A stretch of 64,000 nt of DNA from positions 163,138 to 227,137 of the forward strand of contig NMRA01000009.1 of the NCBI GenBank assembly GCA_002633005.1. The letters are read 5' to 3'. The notes under the pieces are model-generated. The model did not search any database, was not told the DNA's origin, and saw only the letters and a program-made list of their open reading frames with translations. The number at the start of each line of letters is the position of its first letter. Within the stretch, counting starts at the first letter, position 1. A program made the translations under genes and the position numbers. This stretch comes from Phoronis australis (Eukaryota; Animalia; Phoronida). Positions 11,801 to 23,500 of this stretch are shown here, piece by piece.

Positions 11801-14140
11801 GAGGATACTGTCGTTTCACTAACAGATATCTATATACCAAATTTTGTGAAAATATATTGATGACCTTTGAAGATACAGAGGTAAACGTAAAAAACTAAAA
11901 TTGCCACTAGGGGGCACAGCGGTAGTCAGATCAGTCCGAAAGTTCGCTCATGCCGTCCCATAAAAGAAGGCAACGCATGTGCAAAATTTCATTAACATAT
12001 GTCAATCGGTTTTCCAAATAGAGCAGCGGACACCAGACGGACAGAGATGACGGCATAATGCGTCCACATATAAATATGTGGCCAGATAAAAAATTAATTT
12101 CTGGAAACCTTTGCCTCACAGTCAGCTTGAATTAAGTCGCTGCAAACAACATTTGACCTTTGATTCAGAGTCCTAAAAAGAACAAGCGAATGTTCCATTT
12201 CATGTCCATCACTTCCCTGAAATGAGACATTTACTGCTACAAAATGTACAGCTGTGTGTGTGTGTGTGTGTGTGTGTGCGTGGGGGGTCAGCACTTTTGG
12301 TAATGGCAATTTCTCGCTTCATAGCAAGATCTCGTGTAGGTGCTGCCGCTTGTCTGCTAATGACAATGTCAAAACTATGAATAGAAGACTATTTTTTGGC
12401 AGAAAACGTACCCCAGTCTCTCAATAACTTTTTACACTCACTACGTGGTGTGAGCCGGTGAGATGGTATTTCAATACCACTAAACATTACCCGGCTGATG
12501 AAACTGAACTGAGTTGAGCTGTCTCAAACATGCAATAAGAACTCAAGGTTTAAACTGATTAATTTCAAATAACTTGTGTCTCTCCTAATTCATTACTAAC
12601 TTTACCAATTTTCAGTGCACAATTTGTTGTGTCAAACATTAATTGAAGCTTGACATTGACAGGTTTTCTTTTCAAGGAGTAAAAGGCGCAGACAATGCCG
12701 GGAAGAATGAATTTGTTATCTATTTTTAATGTCGCAAGTGTAAAAACAGGACCCTCGGTTATCCGAGAGGAAAGGTGCGTGTGCCTTCTGAGAGAGAAAT
12801 TGTTTGGGACGAGGGGAAAATTCTACCTCCCGATCACAATCAACAGCACCCCTCCACTCAAGTAGAGCTCTTTCAAATTGTGACCTTTGGGAGTTACAAA
12901 GATTTTGAACCTCGAGGGGAAGTTTTCAATCACTTGAGGGGAACTTATGGTCCTCATGAGAATTTCACATGATTTTTCAATACCTTTCAAAGAGGAATGG
13001 AGTCAACAATCGACCCCAAAATCAAGGGAATGAGGGCCCTGAAAAAGTTATAGAGAGACTAGGATGCGTTTGCATTTTGGCAGCGGCCAAAAGAAAGTAA
13101 GGTAAAGTAAATGTCAATTTGTTACTTAATGAATTTTATATTCACTACTCTGCACAATTCAGCTTTAATTTGCAAGTCACAAGTTAAAGTTTTTGTATCT
13201 AAATGTCTTGCTCATCAAAATGTATTAGGTTGCTATATGACTTTGGAATATGGACCATTTGTATTTTTTTTCTTAAGGCAAACGTCTTTTCTTGTAGTAC
13301 ATTTATGAAAAGGACCTGTGCATAACATGAAAAGTAAAAAGCTCGGTCCGTGTAACTGTGTTTTTATCAAATGCAGGGGCTGGGAAAGAGAAAGTATTTG
13401 GCAAATAATTTTTTAAACGGGCTAAAAGATTTCAGATGCTGTAGCCATGCTGGCTAATATCTTTAAAAGTCCAGCGTGAGCCTAGAGTAGAACACCAATT
13501 TTTCCAACACCGGTAAATAATTTAGTTTAATCAACGAAGGGTGTAGTTTTTAATGACACTAATTTTGTCTTATATTTTATCTAGTCAATCTTTTACACAC
13601 ATCGGTGCAATGCCGCAAAGCTGTATATTTAGTTTAAAGCTTTGTGCCAAAGCTAGTTACTGTCCAGCCCCGTACAGACGGTGAAGTTCCTATACCATAG
13701 CCATAGGTCAGTATAGGAACTTCATACGCAAGCTTTTGGTGAATCGTGCCTCACCACACTGATTAAAACATCAAAGTCACAGTGACATTGCCTGTCTACG
13801 CTATATGCCGATGAGTGCCGAGTGGGGTAGATTCGAGACAAGCGACGGCGTGTCTGCATGGGCGGCGCACCATAACAGGGGCTGGGGTGGGGGGCTATAC
13901 CCGGCTATAGATACTATTACTACTAGATAGTCCCTCCCGGCCCCCACTTTTTTCAGGGCTGCGCCGTCCATGATCTGGCTCATTAATGTACGGTAAAAGT
14001 TTGATGTTAACAGTTCCCACAATCAGTATACATATAAATTTCATACCACCATTGAGATTCGGAATCCTCCCGGTTTTTGCAACGATATCAGCTGTTAGAA
14101 CAGAATATTGCTGCTCATAGGTCTCCATCAAAGTAGCCAT
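2777..14140 (-). CDS. VTI1A: Vesicle transport v-SNARE VTI1A, 5' part; join(14047..14140,8591..8649,5496..5606,2777..2863); the rest of the gene lies left of the window
   Basis: Spliced translation MATLMETYEQQYSVLTADIVAKTGRIPNLNG-DDKSSAINHVEREIEEAKEV-LEQMELEAREVPATDRQKYFTRLKSYRNELANLEKDL-KKSRIAFSDEMRSREELLGLDDSHQSEDQ matches the Vti1 Habc N-terminal domain. All junctions are GT-AG and phases are consistent (94, 59, 111, 87 nt). Confidence 0.93.
3066..3436. repeat. Minisatellite, 31-bp unit (catgtacgatcacatcccatcattcacaaca), ~12 copies
   Basis: Directly visible; explains ORFs 2980..3231 and 3228..3485. Confidence 0.92.
3664..4985. mobile_element. Tc1/mariner (pogo-like) non-autonomous DNA transposon, ~1.3 kb
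   Basis: Degenerate TIRs tcgtattcgccttactaagcgccc / gggtgcttattagagcgaaggtgg flanked by TA; repeated subterminal TAAGCGCCC motifs. Confidence 0.65.
5496..5606 (-). CDS. VTI1A: VTI1A coding exon 3
   Basis: ttttacag acceptor; LEQMELEAREVPATDRQKYFTRLKSYRNELANLEKDL; GTAATT donor. Confidence 0.92.
5667..6205 (-). mobile_element. Internally deleted THAP-bearing DNA transposon (ISL2EU/Harbinger-like)
   Basis: TIRs agggccttcccagattacacagcga / tcgctgtgtaatctggaatggtcct, flanked by AT and AC; internal MPKKYCCCVVGC...KMWSKWIKQV is a decayed THAP N-terminus. Confidence 0.7.
7267..8210. repeat. Minisatellite, 36-bp palindromic unit (gtagatacaaggagtgtagtactcgtacactccttg), ~26 copies
   Basis: Directly visible; source of the repetitive ORFs between 7078 and 8304. 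Confidence 0.95.
8591..8649 (-). CDS. VTI1A: VTI1A coding exon 2
   Basis: tttcag acceptor; DDKSSAINHVEREIEEAKEV; GTAAGT donor. Confidence 0.9.
9220..9700. repeat. Minisatellite, 32-bp unit (ctagagacagtggtcactgtctagtgtgccag), ~15 copies
   Basis: Directly visible; unit contains the palindrome agacagtg-gt-cactgtct. Confidence 0.93.
10378..12093 (-). mobile_element. HINE family A, full-length copy
   Basis: On the minus strand: T-run, palindromic head ccacatatttatatgtggacgcat, GTCC-type microsatellite, internal core repeats, 3' gggcgcat subterminal IR, caatgctcggcgttg stem-loop and ctcttgt end. Confidence 0.8.
12254..12278. repeat. (TG)n microsatellite
   Basis: Directly visible. Confidence 0.9.
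12747..13041 (+). mobile_element. hAT-like MITE (family with apparent 5-bp TSD); related copy at 48967-49295
   Basis: TIRs CAGGACCCTC / GAGGGCCCTG; flanks AAAAA/AAAAA. Confidence 0.65.
13372..13673. mobile_element. Degenerate Tc1/mariner-like MITE
   Basis: Inverted ends ggggctgggaaagagaaagtatttggcaaa / ttgtgccaaagctagttactgtccagcccc. Confidence 0.4.
14047..14140 (-). CDS. VTI1A: VTI1A coding exon 1
   Basis: ATG at 14140; MATLMETYEQQYSVLTADIVAKTGRIPNLNG; donor G|GTATGA. Confidence 0.92.
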
Positions 14141-14390
14141 TGCGAATAAAAATAACTATAGATCTAATGAATTAATCACCTGTGTTTCAATGTGTAAAAA
14201 TATTCCAGAAATGACAATAATACAATTAAATTAGGAAATTTTTATTGCAAAAATGGCTTTTTATCAAAATATTGTAATTTGTTTGGGTGAATTGCAAAAT
14301 CTGTTAAAAAGTTAATAACTTATTAATATGTCAGAACCACGAAGCTACTTCCGTCTCCGTTAAGCCTCCTTTTCAATCATCTCTGTAAGT
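14141..14390. promoter_or_regulatory. Bidirectional VTI1A/RPL34 promoter with TCT/5'-TOP initiator and short non-coding RPL34 exon 1 (~14366-14384)
   Basis: Pyrimidine tract CCTCCTTTTC at 14365-14374 is followed by a GTAAGT donor at 14385, pairing with the acceptor at 14540. ETS-like ACTTCCGT at 14347. The VTI1A ATG is only ~225 bp away on the opposite strand. Confidence 0.75.
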
Positions 14391-14547
14391 TATCGGAGTG
14401 GACATAGTTACTAGTTGTAAATCCTTCGCATCCACCTTTATTTATTTAGAATTTGATTAAAGTAATAGCATGTTCTGTTTATACAAAGACTTGCCTTTCC
14501 TATGTTTGTAATATTTTACAAAATAGACTTGTGTTTTCAGTAACAAG

Positions 14548-14612
14548 ATGGTTCAGCGACTAACCTTCCGTCGTCGCCTGTCATACAACACCAAATCCAA
14601 CCAGAGGAGAAT
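14548..14612 (+). CDS. RPL34: RPL34 coding exon 1
   Basis: Acceptor ttttcag at 14540; ATG at 14548; MVQRLTFRRRLSYNTKSNQRR; donor GTAAGG. Confidence 0.95.
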
Positions 14613-17534
14613 GTAAGGCCCAGTGGAGTAGAAACACCAGCAGATGCTCTAGAGATATTGTATTAGAAGTGTAATTTAATCTTTAGATACCCAGGAAGTC
14701 TATATATAGACTGTGATGCGCTAGATAATTAGGGTGTGGACGACATGCTACCTAAGTATACCTTTTGAGGCTTTAGCTTGGGGCAAAATGACAATGTTAA
14801 GGATTTCATTGATGAATGAAGGAATGCATTGTGAAGAAATCTAAATTGTTTAAGTATTTGTGGGAATTGTAAGGATTTGAAAATGCAGTTATTGTTTACA
14901 ATCCGACTCCAGTAACGACACATACATACTTGATATTAATATTTTCTGAATCTTCTCACCATGGTGTTTATGGTGATTCCAAAAATGTATTACTCGTACT
15001 GATTAGGCCCTTCTTATTCATGCATTCATTGTTTTTATGAGGTGTTCATTTGCGGCAGCCGATGTCGAGTGACCTCCATTATAAAACTGCGACACCTCTC
15101 GGCAGGAATGTGTGGGATATTTGCTGAGGTTGTAGACTGCTGTGGAGTCTAACCGGTTCGTTGCTAGCTAGATGGAGATAAAAACTGACAACATCGATTG
15201 AAGGCTATAAGAACACACAAAGTTTATTGGCTCTAACTACAGTATATATAGCAACTCAAAATATGTGTGGGTTTTGGGTGTATTTGAGTCAGTTCCTGTG
15301 ACGTCAACACAAATAGTAAACTTTTATGAATGGAATTCCACAATCTCGTCCTGGCATGCCATATATGGAAAGTGACTTGTTTACCAGACAACCAGATGCA
15401 CTGAAACAATAACATTGATATGCTGAGGTCACTACTCACAGGAACTATTATGTAACAACTCTTCCTTTTGCCAGAGTTCAATGAAAAAACAGGATATGAC
15501 TCACTTTCACTTCATCATCATGAGAATTCATAACAGAATGATAACTATAACGATCACACGTTTGTCAAAAATGACCCCAAAATTGCGTGTTCTCGCCGAC
15601 AAATATCATCCTCGAAAACACTTGACATCTTGTGGACATGATTTCAGCTGGTGTTATGGCGGACATGTGTCGGTTTAGAGACAACAAACTGTCTCAATTA
15701 AGTTGAATTAGGTAATAAGATAAGTAATATCACTGGCAGGCTAAAATACGAGAACAGAAACACATTCTGTGTCGAACTTTACTAGGTTAACCATTAGTTA
15801 TCAATCCTGTCGAGAGGTTCACACTTTTAAAAATGGCTGCCTCGCTAACCTCCGGGTTGCAAATGAACGCCTTGGAAAAACTTGGTAATTATGAATAAGA
15901 AGCGACTAATCAGTACAAGTAATACATTTTGGAATCACCGTGACTAGAGGATTCAGAAAATAGTGGTATCAAGTATGTACGTTAATGGGAGTCTGATTTT
16001 AAACAATAACCAAAAATACCGACCACCTCCAAGTGTGTCTCCACGAAAGGAGTTATTATAGCGATGTGACTTTGATTTAGTTGGTGTGAGGTGTAATTTG
16101 GCAAAAACATTTCTGGTTACTGTCTGAACAAACTTTGCTGGTCCACTTTAGGTTTTGAGCACTCTCCAGGATGGAGATCCAAGAGGGGTTCATCCAAGAT
16201 TTCAAAAATAGGGTTTTCCAATTTCTCCAGGCGTCAGTGACTAGTAATTCATGACATGTTTGTTATGACCCCGATGGCAATTGTTGCTATAGTGTCAAGG
16301 AAATATCTGGACTACGCCTTAGCGCCATTAGTTCATAAACAAATAAAAAGCTGCAAATACATTGCACCATTGTGCCCCCGGACGCATCTTTTAAAACGCA
16401 AAATTCTAGTCAACTTGCATGGCATATTTCATTAAAATGAGACCAATGTCTTTGGGGGTCTGTTTCATGTGTTACTACTTAAATTACACTACCTCTGCTG
16501 GGCACAACTTAATGGAAAAGGGCACACTTTATCATCAGGTGCACCCAAAGGGCACAGGTTCAAACCTGATTAGGAATATCGCTGTAGTGTCAGGTTTATT
16601 GCTGTGGAGACGTGGTTTCACAATTAAGTTTTTCATATCTTGCATCATTTCTAACTCGTCTTTATTATTTTTCTTGGGCCAATTGGCTCTACTGGCAAGT
16701 TTGAAGAAACACCCATAATTACTTGCTTGCTTCACTTGGGCATTCTAATGCTGAACAGAATGTCTTAGCTAGTGTTTAAATTTGAGTTTAAATTAGAACA
16801 TATATATTATGGGTGGGGACCCAGACACATATTTAAGGGTGGGGACCCAGACACATATTTAAGGATTAATTATCTGTAAGCCGTAAAGGTGGTCGCTGTT
16901 TTGCCTGTTATCTGTCATAGTTTTGCCTGTATCTGTCGCAGTTTTGCGCTTAGGTTGAAGTTTTGTGTACATAGGTTTGAGTCATTTGACCAAATCCAAT
17001 TTTGCTACAAGTTTCTCATATTCAGTCCTTTGTTACTGGTACCCTCAGGAAGTTATTTCACAACTGCAGATTTGCTACAAACTGCAGTTAATTATTGCTT
17101 ATAGGAGAAACCAACTCTTTGTATTGATGTTACCCTTAGTAAAAATACAGATTATTCAATTGATTATCTTGGAAAGACATTTTGCTACATTAATTCTGAT
17201 CCCTACCATGTATTAATTTTCCATGCAACGATAGAAAGTGGGTTATATAGCTCAGCTAAACAGGGCTTGGAATTTTCCTCTTTTAAGAGGACTTCCTTTT
17301 TTGGATTTCGATTTCCAGTTTCCTCTTATTTCCTCTCTAAAAGAGAAAAAAGAGTTTTCTTCTATTTTGTCATTGGTCATTGCAAGCCCTGGCAAAAGGT
17401 CCACATCTTAGTTCTGTAGTCACGGTGTGTGTCGGATATTGTGATTACCACAATTGTTATGTGTCGGATATTGTGTTTACTGAATGTGTGTGTCGGATAT
17501 TGTGTTTACTGAATGTGTGTGTCGAATACACACG

Positions 17535-17590
<56 letters not shown>

Positions 17591-20500
17591 CCTCTGCTAT
17601 TTTTTGGGTAGAGGTTGGTTCATGACATCTTTATTATGTAATGCCTTCATTTTGTTATAGTGTGTTAACCAAATGTTAAAGTGATTGCCTTTTATGTTAA
17701 TTTCAGCTCCAAAACTCCTGGTGGAAAACTAGTATTCTTATACAAAAAGAAGGCAGGTGCCATCCCGAAATGTGGCGACTGCAAATTAACGCTGCGTGGT
17801 GTAAGTTTACAGGGCTGTTAATGTTTTCAGTTTTTCAGTGATACGATAGGGTTTTGTTTTGGTGTATGATTACCAAGGTTGATAGTACTGTAGTGCTGTA
17901 GAAATTACTGTTCCAATATCTAGCTTTCTTAAATTTTTCTACATTTCATGTTCAATAAGTGTATTGATCTCTGTCTTTGCTTTGTTGCTTGTTGCCATTG
18001 AGTTTCAATCAAGGTTTAGCTGGACAAACTTGTAAGTGCGATTCAACTGTTGATATACATCCCAAATTATAAAGCATTACATTGAAGCCAAACTTTAGTT
18101 AAACATTTCTTTTAGAGAGAATACGTTTGTGCAGTAAAGTTTGCTCGGTGTTCTGAATATTTTGCAGCTAGCATTTTTGTGTTTATTATGTGATGATTGT
18201 TCTAGATCACCCCAGCTCGTCCCAAGCAGTTGATGTCTATGTCAAAACGACTGAAGACAGTATCTAGGACATACGGAGGTTCACGGTGCCACAAATGTGT
18301 CAGGAACAGGTAAACTCAGCTGTTGGAAGCAATGTGCGTCCTTCATACAATGCATGCATGTTGTCGTTAACAGCAATGTGCGTCCTTCATACAATGCATG
18401 CATGTTGTCGTTAACAGCAATGTGCGTCCTTCATACAGTGCATGCATGTTGTCATTAACAGATTCATTTTTTCATGAACACAGTTCTTTTCTCTCTTGAG
18501 GTGTATTTCTGTGCTGGTCCTCGAAAATTATTTTTCTAAGAAAACTGTCCTTTCCTCACAAACCATTGATATTTTTATTCATTGGCAAAAGGCCCAAAAT
18601 TGCTGATGGTTGATAGTATGCAGCACTTGACTCAAACATGTATCAAGCATGTTTGGTACTACTGCGCTTCTGAAGAAACTAAGTTGCAAGAACAGAGTGA
18701 CTGCATTCATGAAGAAAATAAGCTTGCAAGAAAGTTTTTTTTGAGAAGAAAATGTCCATGTGGTCTGTAAGTGAGAAAATTTGTTTGCCCTAAAATTTAA
18801 GTTTACTTTGGTGGAGTCATTGGTTAAGGAGGATGTATGCACTGAAGTTTGGATTTTTGAAAAGTGCATAGTCGTCACTTAAACCACATTGCTGACAATT
18901 CCTTTCCTTATAGGAAAGCTCATCATGCTTGAATGGTACCTCACTGTAGGAAACTGGGTGCTTAGACCGTACATTGGCACACTAGCACACAAAGCCCTTT
19001 CGTCAAAATGCTTAACAGACCAAGCAGACATTGGATTTGGGTCTGAGAAGCACTCACATTTTAAGAAAAAAACCTCAAATGTTGCAATACACCAACTGAA
19101 AAATTGGTTATTTTGTAATAGAAAGTGCCCCCTGGTGTCTTCTTACCATGTTCAGTAAAACTGGAGCACTTTATGCACAGACTTTCAATGAAAGTTGACC
19201 AAGTGTAGCATATGATAACTGCAAAACTTATCTCACTTCATTTTTCATAGTAGTCAGACAATACGCTTTAGTTTATTTCTCAGCTATCTTGATCAACTTT
19301 TACAAAAATAAAAAGTAGAAATCTAATACAAATGAACTTCTAATCTGTGGCAGGAATTTTATTTGAATTGATTACAACTTGAGTTATTTTGATATGAAGT
19401 TGGAATTTGACTGAATGTTGTGTATTTGCCAAATCTCAAAAATGATGTACAAAAACTAGTATGTGAAGATGATTTCATGGTGATAATTGTGTATTGGTGA
19501 CCTTAACTACGACTGGAAGGTTTTGACATCTGTGGCAGCATTTTTATGCATCCACATTTTTATGCGCCCACATATTTATATGTGGACGCATTATGCCGTC
19601 ATCTCTGTCCGTCCGTCTGTCCGGCGTCCGCTGCTCTATCTCCAAAACCCTTCGACATACGTTCATGAAATTTGGCACATATGTTCCATTCATGAATGGG
19701 ACGGCATGTGCGAACTTTCGGACGGATCCGACTACCGATGTGCCCCCTAGTGGCAATTTTAGTTTTTTACGCTTACCTTTGTATCTTCAAAAGTCCTGAA
19801 CGGATTTTCATGAAATTTGGTATGTAGGCACCTAGTAGTGAGATGACGCTATCCTGCCATTTTCGGATGGATTCGACATAGTTTGCGCCACCTAGTGGCC
19901 ATTTTTACTGTTTTCGAGTCTGTATTTTTGCGTCCACCCCTCTATCAACCAAACTGCTCAAAGGATGATTGTGAAAATTGGCGTGTATGTGCTTACTATA
20001 AGGAAGACAGCTGACAATGATTTTCAGACGATTTGGACTACTGTGGCGCCTCCTAGTGGCAGTTTTGTTTTTTTGCGCCCATGGCTGTATCTCCCAAACC
20101 GTTTGCAGGATCTTTACTAAATTTAGCAAGTGTATTTATGTGATGTTGACAACGGACGATGACGACTTTAGGATGATTCTGACTACCGGTATGCCTCTTG
20201 TGGCAATTTTAGTATTTGCCTCTAGTGGCAATTTTAGTATTTTACATTGACCTCTGTATTTTCATAGGTCTTCAGGTGTATACTTTGTGTTACTTCGTGA
20301 CTGTGAAGGAAAAGTTCTAAGTAGAAATTTGTTTCTGGCATTCTAATGCTGTGCTAATCTCGTATGTTGGTAAATTTGTTTTTAATTCTATGTTTCTGTG
20401 GTGCTTTAAGCAAATGGTGTATAGGATGTGCTTGTATTATGAAGATAACTCACATTTTGCCCCTAGCCTATTGAGGAGACTATGACCATGCCTTTCCATT

Positions 20501-23500
20501 TTGCAAAGTATGCCCTCTACTGGCCAATTTATGGTACCAATAAACAACCCTAGAAGGATACCGTATGCGGTGCAATTGTGGGCGCATTTCAACGCTCCGC
20601 GTTGCTCTTGTATATGTGGTCGCATATTGCCGTCATCTCTGTCTGGGCATCCGGCATCCGCAGCTGTATCTTCTTAGCCCTTCTCAGGATCTTGATGAGA
20701 TTTGGCAGATGCGTTCCTGTGAAGCTGACAACAAATTTTGGACCTCTCCGACTACCATTGTGTCCCCTATGTATTCGAAAGTCCTCAACGTATTTTCATA
20801 AAATTTGCAATATAGGCAATTATTAGTGAGTTGATGTTATCATCTCGTTTTCCGATGGGTTTGACGCATTTTGCTCAACCTAGTGGCCATTTTTACTGTT
20901 TTCGAGTCTGTTTTTTTTTTTGGCATCCGTCCTGATATAATTGGCATGTATGTTCTTACTATGAAGAGGATGGCTGACGATGATTGTGAGACGAATTCGA
21001 GTGCTATGGTGCCTCCTATTGACAGTTTTGTTTTTTGTGCGCCCATGGCTGTTTCTCCTAAACCGTTTGCAGGATCGTTACCAAGTTTAGCAAATGTATT
21101 TATATGATTTTGACAACGCACGATGACCACTTTTGCACAGATCGAACTACGGGTGTGCTTTCTAGTGGCAATTTTAGTTTTTACGTTTATCTCTGTATCT
21201 TCAAAGGTCCTCAATGTATTTTCATAAAATTTGGAATATTTGCATTTATTGGTGAGATGACGCTACCCTCCTGTTTTCGGATGGGTTCGAGGTATTTTGC
21301 GCCATCTAGTGGCCATTTTTACTGTTTTCGAGTCTGTTTTGGCATCCACCTCTCTATCAACCAAACCGCTTGAAGGAAAATTGTGAAAATTGATATGTCT
21401 GTCCTTACTATGAAGAGGATGGATGACGATGATTTTCCGTTGACTTCAACTACTGTAGCGCCTCCTAGTGGTAGTTTTTTCGACCATGGGTGTATCTCCT
21501 AAACAGTTTGCAGGATCTTTGCTAAATTTAGCAAGTGTATTTATATGATGTTGACAACTGATGATGACGACTTTGGCATGGATTGAACCACCGATGTGCC
21601 CCCTAGTGGCAATTTTAGTTTTTTACGTTTACCTCTGTATCTTGAAAGGTCCTCAACGTATTTTTATAAAATATGGAATGTAATCATCTATTGGTAAGAT
21701 GATGCTTTCCTCCCATCTTCAGTTGGATTCGAGGTATTTATTTGAAGCTAACAATAGATGACGACTTTGAGGCGGATGCTGTGCCCCCTAGTTGAAATGT
21801 CATTTTTTTCTGTTCTCCTTTGTTTCTCTGAAGTTCCTTGACAGATTTTTATGAAATTTGGTAAATAACTTTCTACTAAAGAAGCGATGGCATGTTGTGT
21901 TTTCAGATGAAGTGGACATTTTGCGCCATCTAGTGGCCATTTTTATGATACAAATGAACAACTCTAGATACACATGGTTTGCAGTGCATTCATGGGTGCA
22001 TTTCAACGCTCTGCGTTGCTTTTGTTTGGAAAAGCCATAACAAGAAAAATGAATTTTTTTGGGAAATTTAAATGTTTTTTATTAAAAAAATTGTCTTTGC
22101 TTTTTCTCAGGTTGTGGGTCATTTTTAAGATGACATATGTTAAACTTATATAGAGTATAGTGACATACAAGAGGAAGTTCATCTTCTACTGTAATGAGAT
22201 CATATAAGCCGAGTGTCGAGTGCACTGCCATAGAATGTATATCACGAAACGACTTGGAAGCAAATACATTATTCCTGTTACATTTTGATCTTTTGCCCAA
22301 CCTCCAATCTTCCTCAAAAATATTGAATGCAATTGGTCATAAATTCTATGTCTGTTTGATAAAATAACACTGGAATTAAAAATATACCGTTGTTCTACTG
22401 ACCCATTTTTCCCAGTGTGACTGAAATCCTAGTAAAACAATTTTTGAGACTTCCTAAATCCCATTACATGGCAAGAACAGGTGTGTAACAATGAACTAAA
22501 AATATTTTGTGCACAGTTTACCATTTGATTGCACACTGCCTTGCGTTCATTCAAAATTATTTCAAAGCGTTGTCCATAAAACAGGGCTTGGAATTTTCCG
22601 CGGAAACACGGATTTCCGCTTTTTTCAAATGTTCTGTCCGCGTATTTTATTGTATTTCTGCGTAAAAAAATCGGATTTGATATAAAAATTTCCGCGGCAA
22701 ATTTCTTTCTTACCGCCGCGTTGCCGACGACTTTCACCTCGAAAAGCGGAAGTTGTTCTTTATGTTTCGGAGGAACGTAGATTGTCAACATTGCCGGGGC
22801 ATCTGGGATAGCGTGGTGGATTTCCTCAATGGCGGCTCGTGTGATTGTAAACCGCGGTGACAAATACTACGACTCTGCAGCCAAAAATGTTTGGAGGTGG
22901 GAGTGGCGGACGAGCTAAGACCGACACAGACGTTTGCGGAGGTGGTACCGTTTTTTTAATTTTTTTTAGTCCTCTCGATTTTTGCCGGCAAAAGGTCCAC
23001 ACGGGCTTTTTCAAGGCTGGCTGCGCGCATGTTTCGGGCCGTAAAAATTTCCGCGTTTTTCGCCATTGGTCATTCCAAGCCCTGATAAAAAATACCGACT
23101 CCAATGAAAACTACAATTATTTTAACCATCCAGTATGTAATTAAGTTAGGAAAATTGGGGATGGTTGTAGGGTGTTTTGTTACTTGTATCCTGATGTTTA
23201 GTCATCTCAGCATTATTTTTTTGTTCTTTTCTTGGTACATATTGACAATAAAGCCCAATGAACAAGTAATTTGTTCCGTCGGTAACTAATCAATAGTGGT
23301 TATACTTTAACATGTTTCTGGAATTTTTTAAAACTCCATTATGGTGGCGATAAACTATTCAGTAATCAAACTACATGTTTAACGTATAGCAGAACATGCA
23401 TAGCTATAGCAGTGCTGTTGATGCAGTCAAGCTGATGGCACTATAAGTTGTCACTCGGACTAGTTGTCACACAGTCCTGAGAGTGATGATTCCAATGAGG

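Noticed and set aside
14809-14949. TTGATGA...CTGA as a C/D snoRNA in an RPL34 intron
   Set aside because: No terminal stem or recognisable rRNA guide, and the D-like box lies within the arm of a fold-back repeat
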